Assembly: GCF_016890225.1 (NCBI RefSeq)
Contig: NZ_JAFELM010000021.1
Location: forward strand, 30,933 to 54,932
Source of the DNA: Bacillus suaedaesalsae
Lineage (GTDB): Bacteria; Bacillota; Bacilli; Bacillales; SA4
DNA: 24,000 bases
Direction: 5' to 3'
Shown piece by piece: positions 1-8,741 of the stretch (position 1 is the first letter of the stretch; each line of letters begins with the position of its first letter). The translations under genes were made by a program, and so were the position numbers. The notes beneath the pieces were generated by a model. That model was not told the DNA's origin, made no database searches, and saw only the letters and a list, made by a program, of their open reading frames with translations.

Positions 1-1
1 T

Positions 2-1585
2 AATATGGGTGATTTAGGAAACAGTATTACTGAATTAATTACATTCGGTGATCTTTTGATTTTTAGCGACTTGCTTATTCTTTGGATAGCTTTAAAGATT
101 GCTAGAAGGAAAGAGGTTATTCCAACTGGGATAACGATTTTAAAAAGAGATAAAATGGCTTATATTTTATTAGCTGTTACGATTACAATTGTTAATTTAG
201 GACTTGCAGAATCAGAACGTCCAGAATTATTAACAAGAACATTTGACCGTGAAATTTTAGTGAAGAATATTGGAACATATAATTTCCATATTTATGATGC
301 AGTCTTACAATCTAAGTCTTCCGCTCAAAGAGCATTAGCAGATGGAAGTGAATTAATTGAAATCGAGAACTACCTAAAAGCAAATCATCGTAATCCGAGT
401 GAAGAACTTTTTGGAGTGGCGACAGGAAAAAACGTAATTGTCGTTTCAATGGAATCACTACAAAACTTTGTAATTGGTGAAACGATTGATGGTCAAGAAA
501 TTACCCCATTTCTTAATGACTTTATCGGGGAAAGCTACTACTTTGATAACTTCTATCACCAAACAGGGCAAGGTAAAACATCAGATTCTGAATTTTTATT
601 AGATAACTCATTATATCCATTAGGTAGAGGTGCAGTATTCTTTACTCACGGAACAAACGAATATAAATCAACACCCGAAATAATTAAAGAGCATGGCTAT
701 TACTCATCCGTACTACATGCCAACAATAAGAGCTTCTGGAATCGCGATATTATGTATCAATCTCTAGGCTATGATCATTTCTTCGAAGTGAATGATTACA
801 TTGTAAATGATGAAAACTCTGTTGGGTGGGGATTAAAGGATAAAGACTTCTTTCAACAATCTGTATCCCATTTAAAAGCATTACCTGAGCCGTACTATGC
901 TAAATTCATTACCTTAACGAACCATTTTCCATTTGAACTTGGTGAAGAGGATAAAATGATTAATGAATATACGTCAAATAGTAGAACGTTAAATCGCTAT
1001 TTTCCTACAGTTCGTTATATGGATGATGCGATAAAGGATTTTGTACAACGTCTCAAGGATGAAGGAATGTACGATAACTCGATCATCATTTTATATGGAG
1101 ATCATTATGGGATTTCTGAAAATCACAATAAGGCAATGGCTCAGTTTTTAGGAAAAGACGAGATTACACCTTTTGATAGTGTTCAACTGCAGCGCGTACC
1201 ATTAATTATTCATATCCCAGGACACGAAGGGAAAACAATCTCTACAACGTCTGCGCAAATTGACTTGAAGCCAACAATCCTTCACTTAATGGGAATTGAT
1301 ACGCACAATGATGTACATTTCGGTGCTGATTTATTTTCAAAAGATAAACTTCCATTCACTGTTCTTCGTGACGGTAGCTTCATCACGGACAAATATGTCT
1401 ACACAAATAATGAGTGTTACGATAAGTCAACAGGTGAAGTAATTGATGGGAGTGCTTGTGAGCCTTATATGGATAAGGCAAAGCGAGAACTAGAGTACTC
1501 GGATAAAATTGTTTACGGAGATTTACTTCGTTTCTATAACGGCAATAACTTTCAAAATGATATAAAAGGTGTTAATAATCCATAA
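2..1585 (+). CDS. yqgS: LtaS-family lipoteichoic acid synthase / sulfatase-domain membrane protein (N-terminus lies upstream of the window)
   Basis: Frame is open to the window edge. Residual TM helices ([35 protein letters not shown]) precede an extracellular sulfatase-type domain. The catalytic-Thr context [20 protein letters not shown] is typical of LtaS enzymes. Symbol is assigned from gene order only. Confidence 0.85.
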   Translation, partial: NMGDLGNSITELITFGDLLIFSDLLILWIALKIARRKEVIPTGITILKRDKMAYILLAVTITIVNLGLAESERPELLTRTFDREILVKNIGTYNFHIYDAVLQSKSSAQRALADGSELIEIENYLKANHRNPSEELFGVATGKNVIVVSMESLQNFVIGETIDGQEITPFLNDFIGESYYFDNFYHQTGQGKTSDSEFLLDNSLYPLGRGAVFFTHGTNEYKSTPEIIKEHGYYSSVLHANNKSFWNRDIMYQSLGYDHFFEVNDYIVNDENSVGWGLKDKDFFQQSVSHLKALPEPYYAKFITLTNHFPFELGEEDKMINEYTSNSRTLNRYFPTVRYMDDAIKDFVQRLKDEGMYDNSIIILYGDHYGISENHNKAMAQFLGKDEITPFDSVQLQRVPLIIHIPGHEGKTISTTSAQIDLKPTILHLMGIDTHNDVHFGADLFSKDKLPFTVLRDGSFITDKYVYTNNECYDKSTGEVIDGSACEPYMDKAKRELEYSDKIVYGDLLRFYNGNNFQNDIKGVNNP

Positions 1586-1586
1586 A

Positions 1587-1612
1587 GTCCTGAATTTTCA
1601 GGGCTTTTTTTC
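1587..1612 (+). terminator. Rho-independent terminator after the LtaS-family gene
   Basis: CCTGAA/TTCAGG stem at 1589-1602 followed by GC and a T7 run (1605-1611), directly after the stop codon. Confidence 0.7.
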
Positions 1613-1639
1613 TGTTGGTTAAATATTGAGCAATAGTTG

Positions 1640-1770
1640 ATTGGAATGGAAGGTGCAAGACATCAGGAGAGCGGCGGGACAAGTGAGAAACGACAGGCAC
1701 AAGTTCGATGTACCTCACCTTACGTCACGTAAAAAGTAAACATCCTGTAGAAGAATTCCAATATGATTTA
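1640..1770. other. GC-rich structured intergenic element (possible dispersed Bacillaceae repeat or leader RNA)
   Basis: Local GC is well above the flanks. AAGGTG (1650-1655) pairs with CACCTT (1716-1721) and ACATC (1660-1664) with GATGT (1707-1711), giving two helices around a symmetric 4x4 internal loop. The core GCGGGACAAGTGAGAAACGACAGG resembles, from memory, a GC-rich intergenic repeat family often mis-called as small ORFs. Confidence 0.35.
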
Positions 1771-1880
1771 ACAAATCATTCTTTAAAATGTTTTATTTAC
1801 ACAACGGACAACATATCTCGACTACTATTTCCACTTCTTCACTCATACATTAAATCAGTATGGTGTAAGGAGGGGAATAC

Positions 1881-3074
1881 ATGGAGGTAAGTGTTAGATT
1901 AGGTGATTCACTCTGGTATTACAGTCAATTGTTTGAGTTACCACTACCTTTAATCATGGACTCAAATCCAATTGAATTTCAGTCAAACTTACGGGTTGCG
2001 GAGACCGTTAATATTCCTGGGTATGAATTAGAATCATATGTAATTCAACAAGGAGATACGTTCTGGAAATTATCAAATGAATATAACATACCTATTGATG
2101 CAATAACATTAGTTAATCCTTCCTATAATCCTTTAAATTTACCGATAGGAGGAGAAATAGCTTTACCTAGACGGATTAAAACAAGGCTCGTAAACGGTAA
2201 AAAGGAATATCACTACGAACATCTTATTGAAGATCTTTGTAAGCTCAAGAAAACATATCCTTTTATTAAATTATTTAAGGTAGGAGAATCTGTTTTAGGT
2301 CAAGATTTGTATGAAATCAAAATAGGTAATGGGCCAAAGCGTGTACACATCAATGGTTCTTTCCATGCAAATGAATGGATAACAAGTGGGATAATCATGC
2401 ATTTTCTAAATGATTATCTACATGCTTTAGCGACAAACACACCTCTTCGTGGTTTTTATATGTATCCGTTTTATCATGAAGTTACATTATCTATCGTACC
2501 TATGGTTAATCCCGATGGTGTTGATCTTGTGTTAAAGGGACCACCAGAGTCAGAACCTTATCGATCCAATGTTTTAACTATAAATAACGGGAGTTTAGAT
2601 TTTTCAAACTGGAAAGCGAATATTCGTGGTGTAGATTTAAATAACCAATATCCTGCATATTGGGAAATTGAAAAGGAAAGAAAGGAACCGAAAGAGCCAT
2701 CTCCAAGAGATTATCCTGGTGATTTGCCTTTATCTGAACCAGAGGCAATTGCAATGGCAGGGTTGACGGAAAGAAGTGACTTTTCAAGAATACTAGCTTT
2801 TCATACTCAGGGTAAAGAAATGTACTGGGGATACATGAATTTAGAACCGCCAGAGGCAGCACGTATCGCAAGTGAGTTTGAACGAGTAAGCGGTTATAAA
2901 GCAATTCAAGTTATTGATAGTCATGCTGGATTTAGAGATTGGTATATTTATAAGTGGAAACGACCAGGTTTTACAATCGAGCTAGGAGAAGGCGTTAATC
3001 CATTACCATTATCACAATTTGAAGAGATATATGATAATAGCTTAGGAATCTTCCTTGCTAGTCTATATATGTAA
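1881..3074 (+). CDS. yqgT: LysM-domain M14 zinc carboxypeptidase-fold gamma-D-glutamyl-diamino-acid endopeptidase
   Basis: SD AAGGAGGGG at 1867-1875. Two LysM-like repeats at the N-terminus (e.g. YVIQQGDTFWKLSNEYNIPIDAITLVNP). M14 zinc motifs are present: HANEW (HxxE), VNPDGVD and AFHTQG. Position next to the yqgS-like gene supports the symbol. Confidence 0.85.
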   Translation: MEVSVRLGDSLWYYSQLFELPLPLIMDSNPIEFQSNLRVAETVNIPGYELESYVIQQGDTFWKLSNEYNIPIDAITLVNPSYNPLNLPIGGEIALPRRIKTRLVNGKKEYHYEHLIEDLCKLKKTYPFIKLFKVGESVLGQDLYEIKIGNGPKRVHINGSFHANEWITSGIIMHFLNDYLHALATNTPLRGFYMYPFYHEVTLSIVPMVNPDGVDLVLKGPPESEPYRSNVLTINNGSLDFSNWKANIRGVDLNNQYPAYWEIEKERKEPKEPSPRDYPGDLPLSEPEAIAMAGLTERSDFSRILAFHTQGKEMYWGYMNLEPPEAARIASEFERVSGYKAIQVIDSHAGFRDWYIYKWKRPGFTIELGEGVNPLPLSQFEEIYDNSLGIFLASLYM

Positions 3075-3075
3075 A

Positions 3076-3104
3076 AAGCAGTCATTTTAGTGGCTGCTTT
3101 TTTG
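3076..3104 (+). terminator. Rho-independent terminator
   Basis: AAGCAGTCA / TGGCTGCTT imperfect stem followed by a T-run, immediately after the stop at 3074. Confidence 0.65.
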
Positions 3105-3197
3105 AAACCTTTTTATTGTTAACAGTTAAATATTTGCAAAATTAGTGAAACTTTTTTGTAGTTTAAATCGTATTAATTATATAGTCATTTTTATGAG

Positions 3198-4310
3198 GTG
3201 AATTCTTTGGATCGAATTGCGATGCTATTTGTACTGGTTAGTGTTCTCCTGTGTGGCTGCAGTTCTTTCCAAGCTGAAGGAATGAAGCCTGCTAGTAGTA
3301 GAGAAAGTTTTTTGGCTAATAAGATGCAACCTGATGTGGTAAATGAACGGAATAATCTCATTGTTCCAATACAAAGTGAAAGTGTCAAATTTCAGTCGGT
3401 TGTAGATTGGTATAATTATGATCATTTGCTATATATTGTAAATGATGAGTTAGGGGCAAAAGTATTTAAACATCATATTTATACTGGAAATCATGAGTTA
3501 TTCTTCGAAATAACTGATCCTATTATTACTCTTCAGAGTAGCCCATCTAATGATCATTTTCTCATCCATACTTCTAATTCTAGTAATGAAGCGAAATTGA
3601 TTATTGTAGATGACAAGGGGGAAGTTTTGCTTGATTGGGAAGTTGAATCAGCAGAACTACAATATGTTTGGAATCCCTTTGATGAAAATAAGATTTTTAT
3701 TACAAGTTTTTTAGAGGATTGGACTTTTAAAAATTATATTCTTAATATGGAACAGAAGAAGGTTGACGAAAATAACCTTCCACATCCATTCATTCAATGG
3801 ATGAGTTCAACAACTATTGCCTATTTAAAGTGGGAAGATGCATTTACCGAAGCCCCATTATTTTTAGCAAACATTAACGGAGATGAAGAGGAAAAACTTG
3901 GTGAACAAATCTTTGCTTTTCATTCGTACAAGGACATATTCCTTACCATTTCCGCTAAGAATGAATCAATCAACTTTCAGTTTTCTAAATCTTCAACAAT
4001 GGAGAAGCTTCATGAATTTACGTTACCTGTTATTAATACATATTCTGATAACTGGTGGATTCCGAACTATGATTATGATCCAATCAAAAAGAAATTTTAT
4101 TATTTCAAACCAATTACAGAAAATAATGAAGTGCAGTCATTAGATTTAATTTCTTTCTCAATTGAAACAGGTGAAGAAGAGACAATCCTTCCAAATATGG
4201 AAGACCAGCCTATTAAAATTTCAAGTGATGGAGAAAAGTTGTTACTTGGATATCAATATAATACAATAATTGAGTTGAAGTCTAAAAATACAAGTACACT
4301 TATTAACTAA
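3198..4310 (+). CDS. yqgU: Lipoprotein of unknown function (YqgU-like by position)
   Basis: Signal peptide with lipobox VLLCGC-SS. SD GAGGTG at 3195-3200, so the true start may be the in-frame TTG at 3207. Symbol by synteny only. Confidence 0.7.
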   Translation: MNSLDRIAMLFVLVSVLLCGCSSFQAEGMKPASSRESFLANKMQPDVVNERNNLIVPIQSESVKFQSVVDWYNYDHLLYIVNDELGAKVFKHHIYTGNHELFFEITDPIITLQSSPSNDHFLIHTSNSSNEAKLIIVDDKGEVLLDWEVESAELQYVWNPFDENKIFITSFLEDWTFKNYILNMEQKKVDENNLPHPFIQWMSSTTIAYLKWEDAFTEAPLFLANINGDEEEKLGEQIFAFHSYKDIFLTISAKNESINFQFSKSSTMEKLHEFTLPVINTYSDNWWIPNYDYDPIKKKFYYFKPITENNEVQSLDLISFSIETGEEETILPNMEDQPIKISSDGEKLLLGYQYNTIIELKSKNTSTLIN

Positions 4311-4324
4311 TTTGAGGTGATTTT

Positions 4325-4639
4325 GTGGCAATCGTTGATGTAACAGTAATACCAATCGGAACAGAAACCCCAAGTGTTAGCCAATACGTTGCAGAAATTC
4401 AAGGTATCTTAAAGGATTACGAAGAACAAGGAAAAATTTCTTATCAATTAACTCCAATGAACACACTCATTGAAGGAGAATTATCGGTGTTATTTGAAGT
4501 CATTGAAGCTATTCATGAATCTCCATTTCAAAATGGAATTCAAAGGGTAGCCACAAATATTCGAATTGATGACAGACGAGATAAAAAAGTAAAAATGAAT
4601 GACAAACTAGAAAGTGTCAAGAAGAGACTAAACGAATAG
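4325..4639 (+). CDS. yqgV: UPF0045 / MTH1187-YkoF-like small protein
   Basis: GTG start preceded by SD GAGGTGA (4314-4320). N-terminus MAIVDVTVIPIGTETPSVSQYVA and size (~100 aa) are typical of the YqgV/MTH1187 family. Confidence 0.75.
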   Translation: MAIVDVTVIPIGTETPSVSQYVAEIQGILKDYEEQGKISYQLTPMNTLIEGELSVLFEVIEAIHESPFQNGIQRVATNIRIDDRRDKKVKMNDKLESVKKRLNE

Positions 4640-4644
4640 ATAAT

Positions 4645-4690
4645 AAAAAAACAGGTTAGAGGCAAAGGTGCCAAGCTAACCTGTTTTTTA
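4645..4690. terminator. Bidirectional terminator between convergent yqgV-like and yqgW-like genes
   Basis: A-run, then ACAGGTTAG ... CTAACCTGT stem, then a T-run. Confidence 0.7.
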
Positions 4691-4701
4691 TTTTATTACT
4701 A

Positions 4702-4875
4702 TTAGTGTGCTGTTGGAAATCCGTGATGGATTAACGTCATGATTGTAAACCAACCAAAAACAACAAGCGTACCTACAGCAAAAACTACTGCAAGAATATT
4801 TTTTTCACGAAGGGAACGAATTGTTCCAAATAAAGCTAGTAACGTAACGAGTGCAAAAATGATAATTAGACCCAT
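4702..4875 (-). CDS. yqgW: Small two-TM membrane protein (57 aa, YqgW/DUF2759-like). Not in the supplied ORF track.
   Basis: My minus-strand translation: MGLIIIFALVTLLALFGTIRSLREKNILAVVFAVGTLVVFGWFTIMTLIHHGFPTAH. SD AAGGGGG lies upstream of the ATG at 4875. Position matches yqgW. Confidence 0.65.
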   Translation of the reverse strand: MGLIIIFALVTLLALFGTIRSLREKNILAVVFAVGTLVVFGWFTIMTLIHHGFPTAH

Positions 4876-5076
4876 GATATAATACCCCCTTCTATTAGTT
4901 TTTACATGAGAGGTTAATACTTATCCTTTATCACAATATGTTAGTGATGTTGACCTCTAGCATATGTACCTTCAACCATTGGATTTTCCCTGTCCTTGTT
5001 ATTTTTTCATATACATGAACCATTATACAGATAAACAGGAAATTACCATAACAATCTTATTTTAATCGTTTTCTAT

Positions 5077-5541
5077 TTATTTGTCGAGTTCAAAAAAGGC
5101 AATAGAGACTTCATAGGCATTTGCTATTTTCTCAATTAATGCTTGATGGTGGACGTCTACAAAATAAGTGGTATGTTCTTGTGCAATCAAATGTTCATCA
5201 AATTGTAACAAAGCCATCTTTATATTATCTTCGGTACCTCCAATTATTTGAAACGATTTTACCATAGAATTTAATAAATACGCCTTCCCTGTATTTGTTT
5301 TTAAACCATAATCCTCGAAGGTGTCCCAATATTTTCCTTCAGATAGACCAATTATTGTATGTGTCATCTCAATTATCGAATATATACTAAGCTCTTCCTC
5401 AATATAGTGGACATCCTTTAGTGATGAAAAGATATAAAACGTTGAATAGTGTTCAACAAATGACGGAACAACCTCTAAAAAAGGCTCAACGATGTCATGA
5501 TGATCTTTGTTCGTTAATTCAATTGCATAAAATGTATCCAT
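5077..5541 (-). CDS. Hypothetical cytoplasmic protein (154 aa)
   Basis: Long ORF with SD AAAGGGG upstream (reverse complement of CCCCTTT at 5548-5554). No motif recognised. Confidence 0.6.
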   Translation of the reverse strand: MDTFYAIELTNKDHHDIVEPFLEVVPSFVEHYSTFYIFSSLKDVHYIEEELSIYSIIEMTHTIIGLSEGKYWDTFEDYGLKTNTGKAYLLNSMVKSFQIIGGTEDNIKMALLQFDEHLIAQEHTTYFVDVHHQALIEKIANAYEVSIAFFELDK

Positions 5542-5628
5542 CTCTAACCCCTTTAGTTTTTTAGAATGAGATATTCTGTTATTCTAGTGTAGAATACAAG
5601 TAGTTGAATTGTAAATGGAGGTTTTTTT

Positions 5629-6264
5629 ATGAAGTGGAGAAGGATGCCGCTTGGTCCAATAGGCACGAATGCATACATTATTTCAAATGATATCAAGGAA
5701 TGTTTAATCATTGATCCAGGTGCAGAGGCACAGAAAATTTTTGCTTATGTAAATGAGCATAGAATGCAGCCTTTAGCTATATTACTGACTCATGCTCACT
5801 ATGATCATATTGGAGCTGTGGATGAGGTGAGAGAAAAATATACTATTCCTGTATATATACATAAAAAAGAAAAAAACTGGCTGCTTGATCCAGCGTTGAA
5901 CTTATCGTTTCGAGTACCATATTTAGAACCACTTCGATTAAAAGAAGCTGAAGAGATTATTACTGGTGATGGTGAACTTTCAATTGGTGGTTTCCATTTT
6001 ACAGTATTTGAAACTCCAGGTCATTCTCCCGGAAGTGTCTCATTCTATTTCAAAGAGCATGATGTTATTTTTTCAGGAGATGCTTTATTTGAGGGAAGTA
6101 TTGGCAGAACAGACCTTCCTGGTGGAAATACCGATCAGTTACTAAGAAGTATACATGATAAACTTTTAACGCTGCCTGAAGAAACGTTAGTACTATCCGG
6201 ACATGGGTTGGAAACGACGATTCAACAAGAGATGGATACAAATCCTTTCTTAAACGGGTATTGA
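5629..6264 (+). CDS. yqgX: Metallo-beta-lactamase-fold hydrolase (glyoxalase II-like)
   Basis: SD ATGGAGG. HxHxDH motif (THAHYDHIG) plus downstream TPGHSPGS and SGD metal ligands. Confidence 0.85.
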   Translation: MKWRRMPLGPIGTNAYIISNDIKECLIIDPGAEAQKIFAYVNEHRMQPLAILLTHAHYDHIGAVDEVREKYTIPVYIHKKEKNWLLDPALNLSFRVPYLEPLRLKEAEEIITGDGELSIGGFHFTVFETPGHSPGSVSFYFKEHDVIFSGDALFEGSIGRTDLPGGNTDQLLRSIHDKLLTLPEETLVLSGHGLETTIQQEMDTNPFLNGY

Positions 6265-6270
6265 TAATAA

Positions 6271-7386
6271 ATGGCAATGGAATATATTAAACAAGCTATA
6301 CAAAAAGAGAAATCGAACTCTATATCATACTCTAGGTTTATGGAGTTAGCCTTATATCATCCAGTGCAGGGCTATTACATGAAAGATAACATTAAAATCG
6401 GAAAGTCTGGTGACTTTTATACAAGTAGTTCTGTATCCTCCGTTTTTGCTGAGATACTAGCAGATGTGTTTATTCGACTAATGGAAACTGGAGCAGTTAA
6501 GCCGAATGTTGTAGAATTCGGTTCTGGAAATGGAACGTTCGCCAAACAGGTTCTTCAATCATGGTATAAAAAGTCACCCGACACTTATATTCAAGGAAGT
6601 TACTATATCGTTGAAACAAGTCCACATCATAAACAGTTAATTCAAAAAGCAGTAGGCTCATTTCATAAAGTAACGATGATAGGAAGTTTAGAAGAACTAA
6701 AGCAGTTGCTGCCTAATTTTGATGGAATCGTATTTTCGAACGAGTTTTTTGATGCATTCCCTGTAGATATTATCCAAAAGAAAAACGGTAGGCTGTATGA
6801 AGTTAGAGTTACAGAGGGAAAGGTAAACGAGCTTGAAGAGTTGTTAGTTCCTCTTGAAAACGAGAGTATTAAGAAGTTCTTGATGGAATATCAAATTGAG
6901 GTAAATGAGGGATATCGCTATGAGATACCACTTTCAATGTGTTCTTTTATTCGAGAACTTGGTGATTGGGTCACAGAGGGAATGGTATTCACAATAGACT
7001 ATGGGTACAAAGATGAGGAATGGCTACTTCCTTTTCATAAGGATGGAAGTTTGCGTGGTTATTATAAGCACCAGCTTATTCGTAATCCACTCGAAAATGT
7101 AGGGTCAATGGATTTAACAACTCATATTCATTTGGATAAGCTTGTTAAAGCGGGTAGTACATCAGGGCTTGAACATTATGCTACTTATAGGCAAGATGAA
7201 TATCTATTGAAGACCGGAATACTTAGCTACCTGGAAGAACATCATGACACGAATCCTTTCTCGGATAAAAGTAAAAAAAACAGAGCAATCCGGTCGTTGG
7301 TGATGCAAGGTGGAATGAGCAGTAGTTTTCATGTTGTAATCCAAACGAAGAATATAAAAAAAGAGGATATAGAGAATGTAACGTAA
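6271..7386 (+). CDS. Class I SAM-dependent methyltransferase (MidA/COG1565-like)
   Basis: SAM motif I VVEFGSGNGTF. The FSNEFFDAFPV motif is typical of the DUF185/MidA family. Starts 6 nt after the yqgX-like stop. Confidence 0.7.
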   Translation: MAMEYIKQAIQKEKSNSISYSRFMELALYHPVQGYYMKDNIKIGKSGDFYTSSSVSSVFAEILADVFIRLMETGAVKPNVVEFGSGNGTFAKQVLQSWYKKSPDTYIQGSYYIVETSPHHKQLIQKAVGSFHKVTMIGSLEELKQLLPNFDGIVFSNEFFDAFPVDIIQKKNGRLYEVRVTEGKVNELEELLVPLENESIKKFLMEYQIEVNEGYRYEIPLSMCSFIRELGDWVTEGMVFTIDYGYKDEEWLLPFHKDGSLRGYYKHQLIRNPLENVGSMDLTTHIHLDKLVKAGSTSGLEHYATYRQDEYLLKTGILSYLEEHHDTNPFSDKSKKNRAIRSLVMQGGMSSSFHVVIQTKNIKKEDIENVT

Positions 7387-7420
7387 AAAAAAGCGATGGG
7401 AAGCTCCCATCGCTTTTACT
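7385..7420. terminator. Bidirectional terminator between convergent genes
   Basis: A8 run, then AAGCGATGGGA (7391-7401) / TCCCATCGCTT (7405-7415) perfect stem, then a T-run. Confidence 0.8.
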
Positions 7421-7422
7421 TT

Positions 7423-7668
7423 TTAGTGGCCACCTGTTCCTAACGGCATCATGAATGTAGTCCAGTACGTAAAACCTACAAAGAATATCGTTAAGTAAGC
7501 ACCGAAAATATAAATATACATACGTTCAGAAAGGTTTAAGTAGCCTAATAGCACAAAAAATACTGTCTGTCCGAGAAATAGTAATGAGGTTGTATACATA
7601 TCTCCTAAGAAGAACATAACTGAGAAAATACCAGTCCAAAACCCCATAACACGGTACATACGATCCAT
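7423..7668 (-). CDS. yqgY: Small multi-TM membrane protein (YqgY/DUF2626-like, 81 aa)
   Basis: Three hydrophobic helices. SD AAAGGAGGG upstream. Size and position match yqgY. Confidence 0.7.
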   Translation of the reverse strand: MDRMYRVMGFWTGIFSVMFFLGDMYTTSLLFLGQTVFFVLLGYLNLSERMYIYIFGAYLTIFFVGFTYWTTFMMPLGTGGH

Positions 7669-7794
7669 ATGTATCCCTCCTTTTTGCCCTAGTCCATCAC
7701 TTTTACTATTATAATGTACGTTTCTTGTGATGTAAATATTAGAAAAAAATACTTTATGACTTATTTTTGAAGATTATAGATTAAATATCAAAAT

Positions 7795-7821
7795 AGGTTT
7801 AAAAACTGTAAATTCGGCTAA
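7795..7821 (+). promoter_or_regulatory. Candidate SigB-type promoter upstream of the mgsR-like gene
   Basis: AGGTTTAA (7795-7802), 13-nt spacer, GGCTAA (7816-7821), compared with the remembered SigB consensus GTTTAA-N12-15-GGGTAT. B. subtilis mgsR is SigB-dependent. Confidence 0.4.
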
Positions 7822-7955
7822 TTAGGTAAGTAGATAAAGAAGTTGAAAATAATTATATACAAAAGTTATACAAAACATATACAATATAGAAAAAGATGTT
7901 ATTTTGTTCGAACTTCGCGAAATTCATCACGAAAAACAGAACGGAGGCAAAAACA

Positions 7956-8333
7956 ATGGAAAATTTACTTTTTTATACGTATCCAAGCTGTACCTCTTGC
8001 CGTAAAACAAAAGCATGGTTAAAAGCTCATAACGTGACATTCCAAGAGCGTCATTTATTCAGAGAAACCCCAACACTCGATGAGCTAAAACAAATTCTTT
8101 CTTTAACAACAGAGGGTATTGATGAAATTCTTGCGACGAGAAGCCAATCGTTTAAAAAGTTAAATATAGATGTAAATGAATTAACCGTCTCAGAAATTTT
8201 AACGCTATTAAATGAGCAGCCTAAATTACTAAGAAGGCCAATTATTACTGATGGTAATCGCCTTGTAGTGGGGTACAATAAATCAGCTTTACAAAACATG
8301 ACAAAAAAATCAATTAAAACATCTGTTTCATAA
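7956..8333 (+). CDS. mgsR: Spx/ArsC-family redox-sensing transcriptional modulator (MgsR-like)
   Basis: Start taken at the ATG after SD GGAGG (track M21). N-terminal CxxC (YPSCTSCRK). Long stretches match B. subtilis MgsR/YqgZ as I remember it (HLFRETPT, ILSLTTEGIDEILATRSQ, KLLRRPI). 125 aa. Confidence 0.85.
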   Translation: MENLLFYTYPSCTSCRKTKAWLKAHNVTFQERHLFRETPTLDELKQILSLTTEGIDEILATRSQSFKKLNIDVNELTVSEILTLLNEQPKLLRRPIITDGNRLVVGYNKSALQNMTKKSIKTSVS

Positions 8334-8456
8334 AAGTAAAGGCTCTTCTTGTAAACATTTTACTGTAACGTCATCACTATTTCGAGAGGATGCCCCGAAT
8401 TCTTATGTGTTTCTAATCTTGTTCGAAACAACATCAATCCATATAAAAGTCAAAGT

Positions 8457-8508
8457 AAAAGAGCAGCCATGGGTTATATTGTTAATATAACCATGTGACT
8501 GCTCTTTT
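8457..8508. terminator. Imperfect long hairpin between the mgsR-like gene and tRNA-Gln (likely bidirectional terminator)
   Basis: AAAAGAGCAGCCATGGGTTATATT ... AATATAACCATGTGACTGCTCTTTT, with A- and T-runs on either side. Confidence 0.6.
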
Positions 8509-8534
8509 ATTTAAAGGAACTAACTAAAATTTAG

Positions 8535-8606
8535 CTGGGCTAGCTGGATTTGAACCAACGCATGTCGCAGTCAAAGTGCGATGCCTTACCGCTTGGCTAT
8601 AGCCCA
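8535..8606 (-). tRNA. tRNA-Gln (anticodon UUG)
   Basis: Reverse complement reads TGGGCTATAGCCAAGCGGTAAGGCATCGCACTTTGACTGCGACATGCGTTGGTTCAAATCCAGCTAGCCCAG. It has a 7-bp acceptor stem, D loop AGCGGTAA, anticodon loop CUUUGAC and a GGTTCAAATCC T-arm. CCA is not encoded. Confidence 0.9.
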
Positions 8607-8741
8607 ATGATAGTTTGTTACGACATTTAATATGTGCAAAGGTTGTACAAATTATTCAATAAAAATGAAGAAACCTCATTTATTTTACCAAAATTTGATA
8701 TATAGTAGAAGAAAGAACCAAATATTTGAGGTGGAATAGTT

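Noticed and set aside
1650-1730. Possible ydaO-type (c-di-AMP) riboswitch upstream of the cell-wall peptidase gene
   Set aside because: GAGCGGCGGGAC and CGACAGGCAC...CCTCACCTTACG loosely recall conserved ydaO segments, and the gene context would fit. However, the element is ~50 nt too short and lacks the central conserved segments and the pseudo-two-fold architecture. I cannot support it without an Infernal scan.
1708-1890. 60-aa ORF from the track between the LtaS-family and peptidase genes
   Set aside because: It has no SD, starts inside the GC-rich structured element, and overlaps the SD and start of the downstream gene in another frame. Its composition looks non-coding. Treated as spurious.
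5560-5600. Inverted repeats around two TAGAAT hexamers (TATTCTA-GTG-TAGAATA at 5580-5596) in the divergent region upstream of the MBL hydrolase gene
   Set aside because: It could be an operator overlapping a -10 element, but no acceptable -35 lies at 16-18 nt, and short AT palindromes are frequent here. Left as an observation only.
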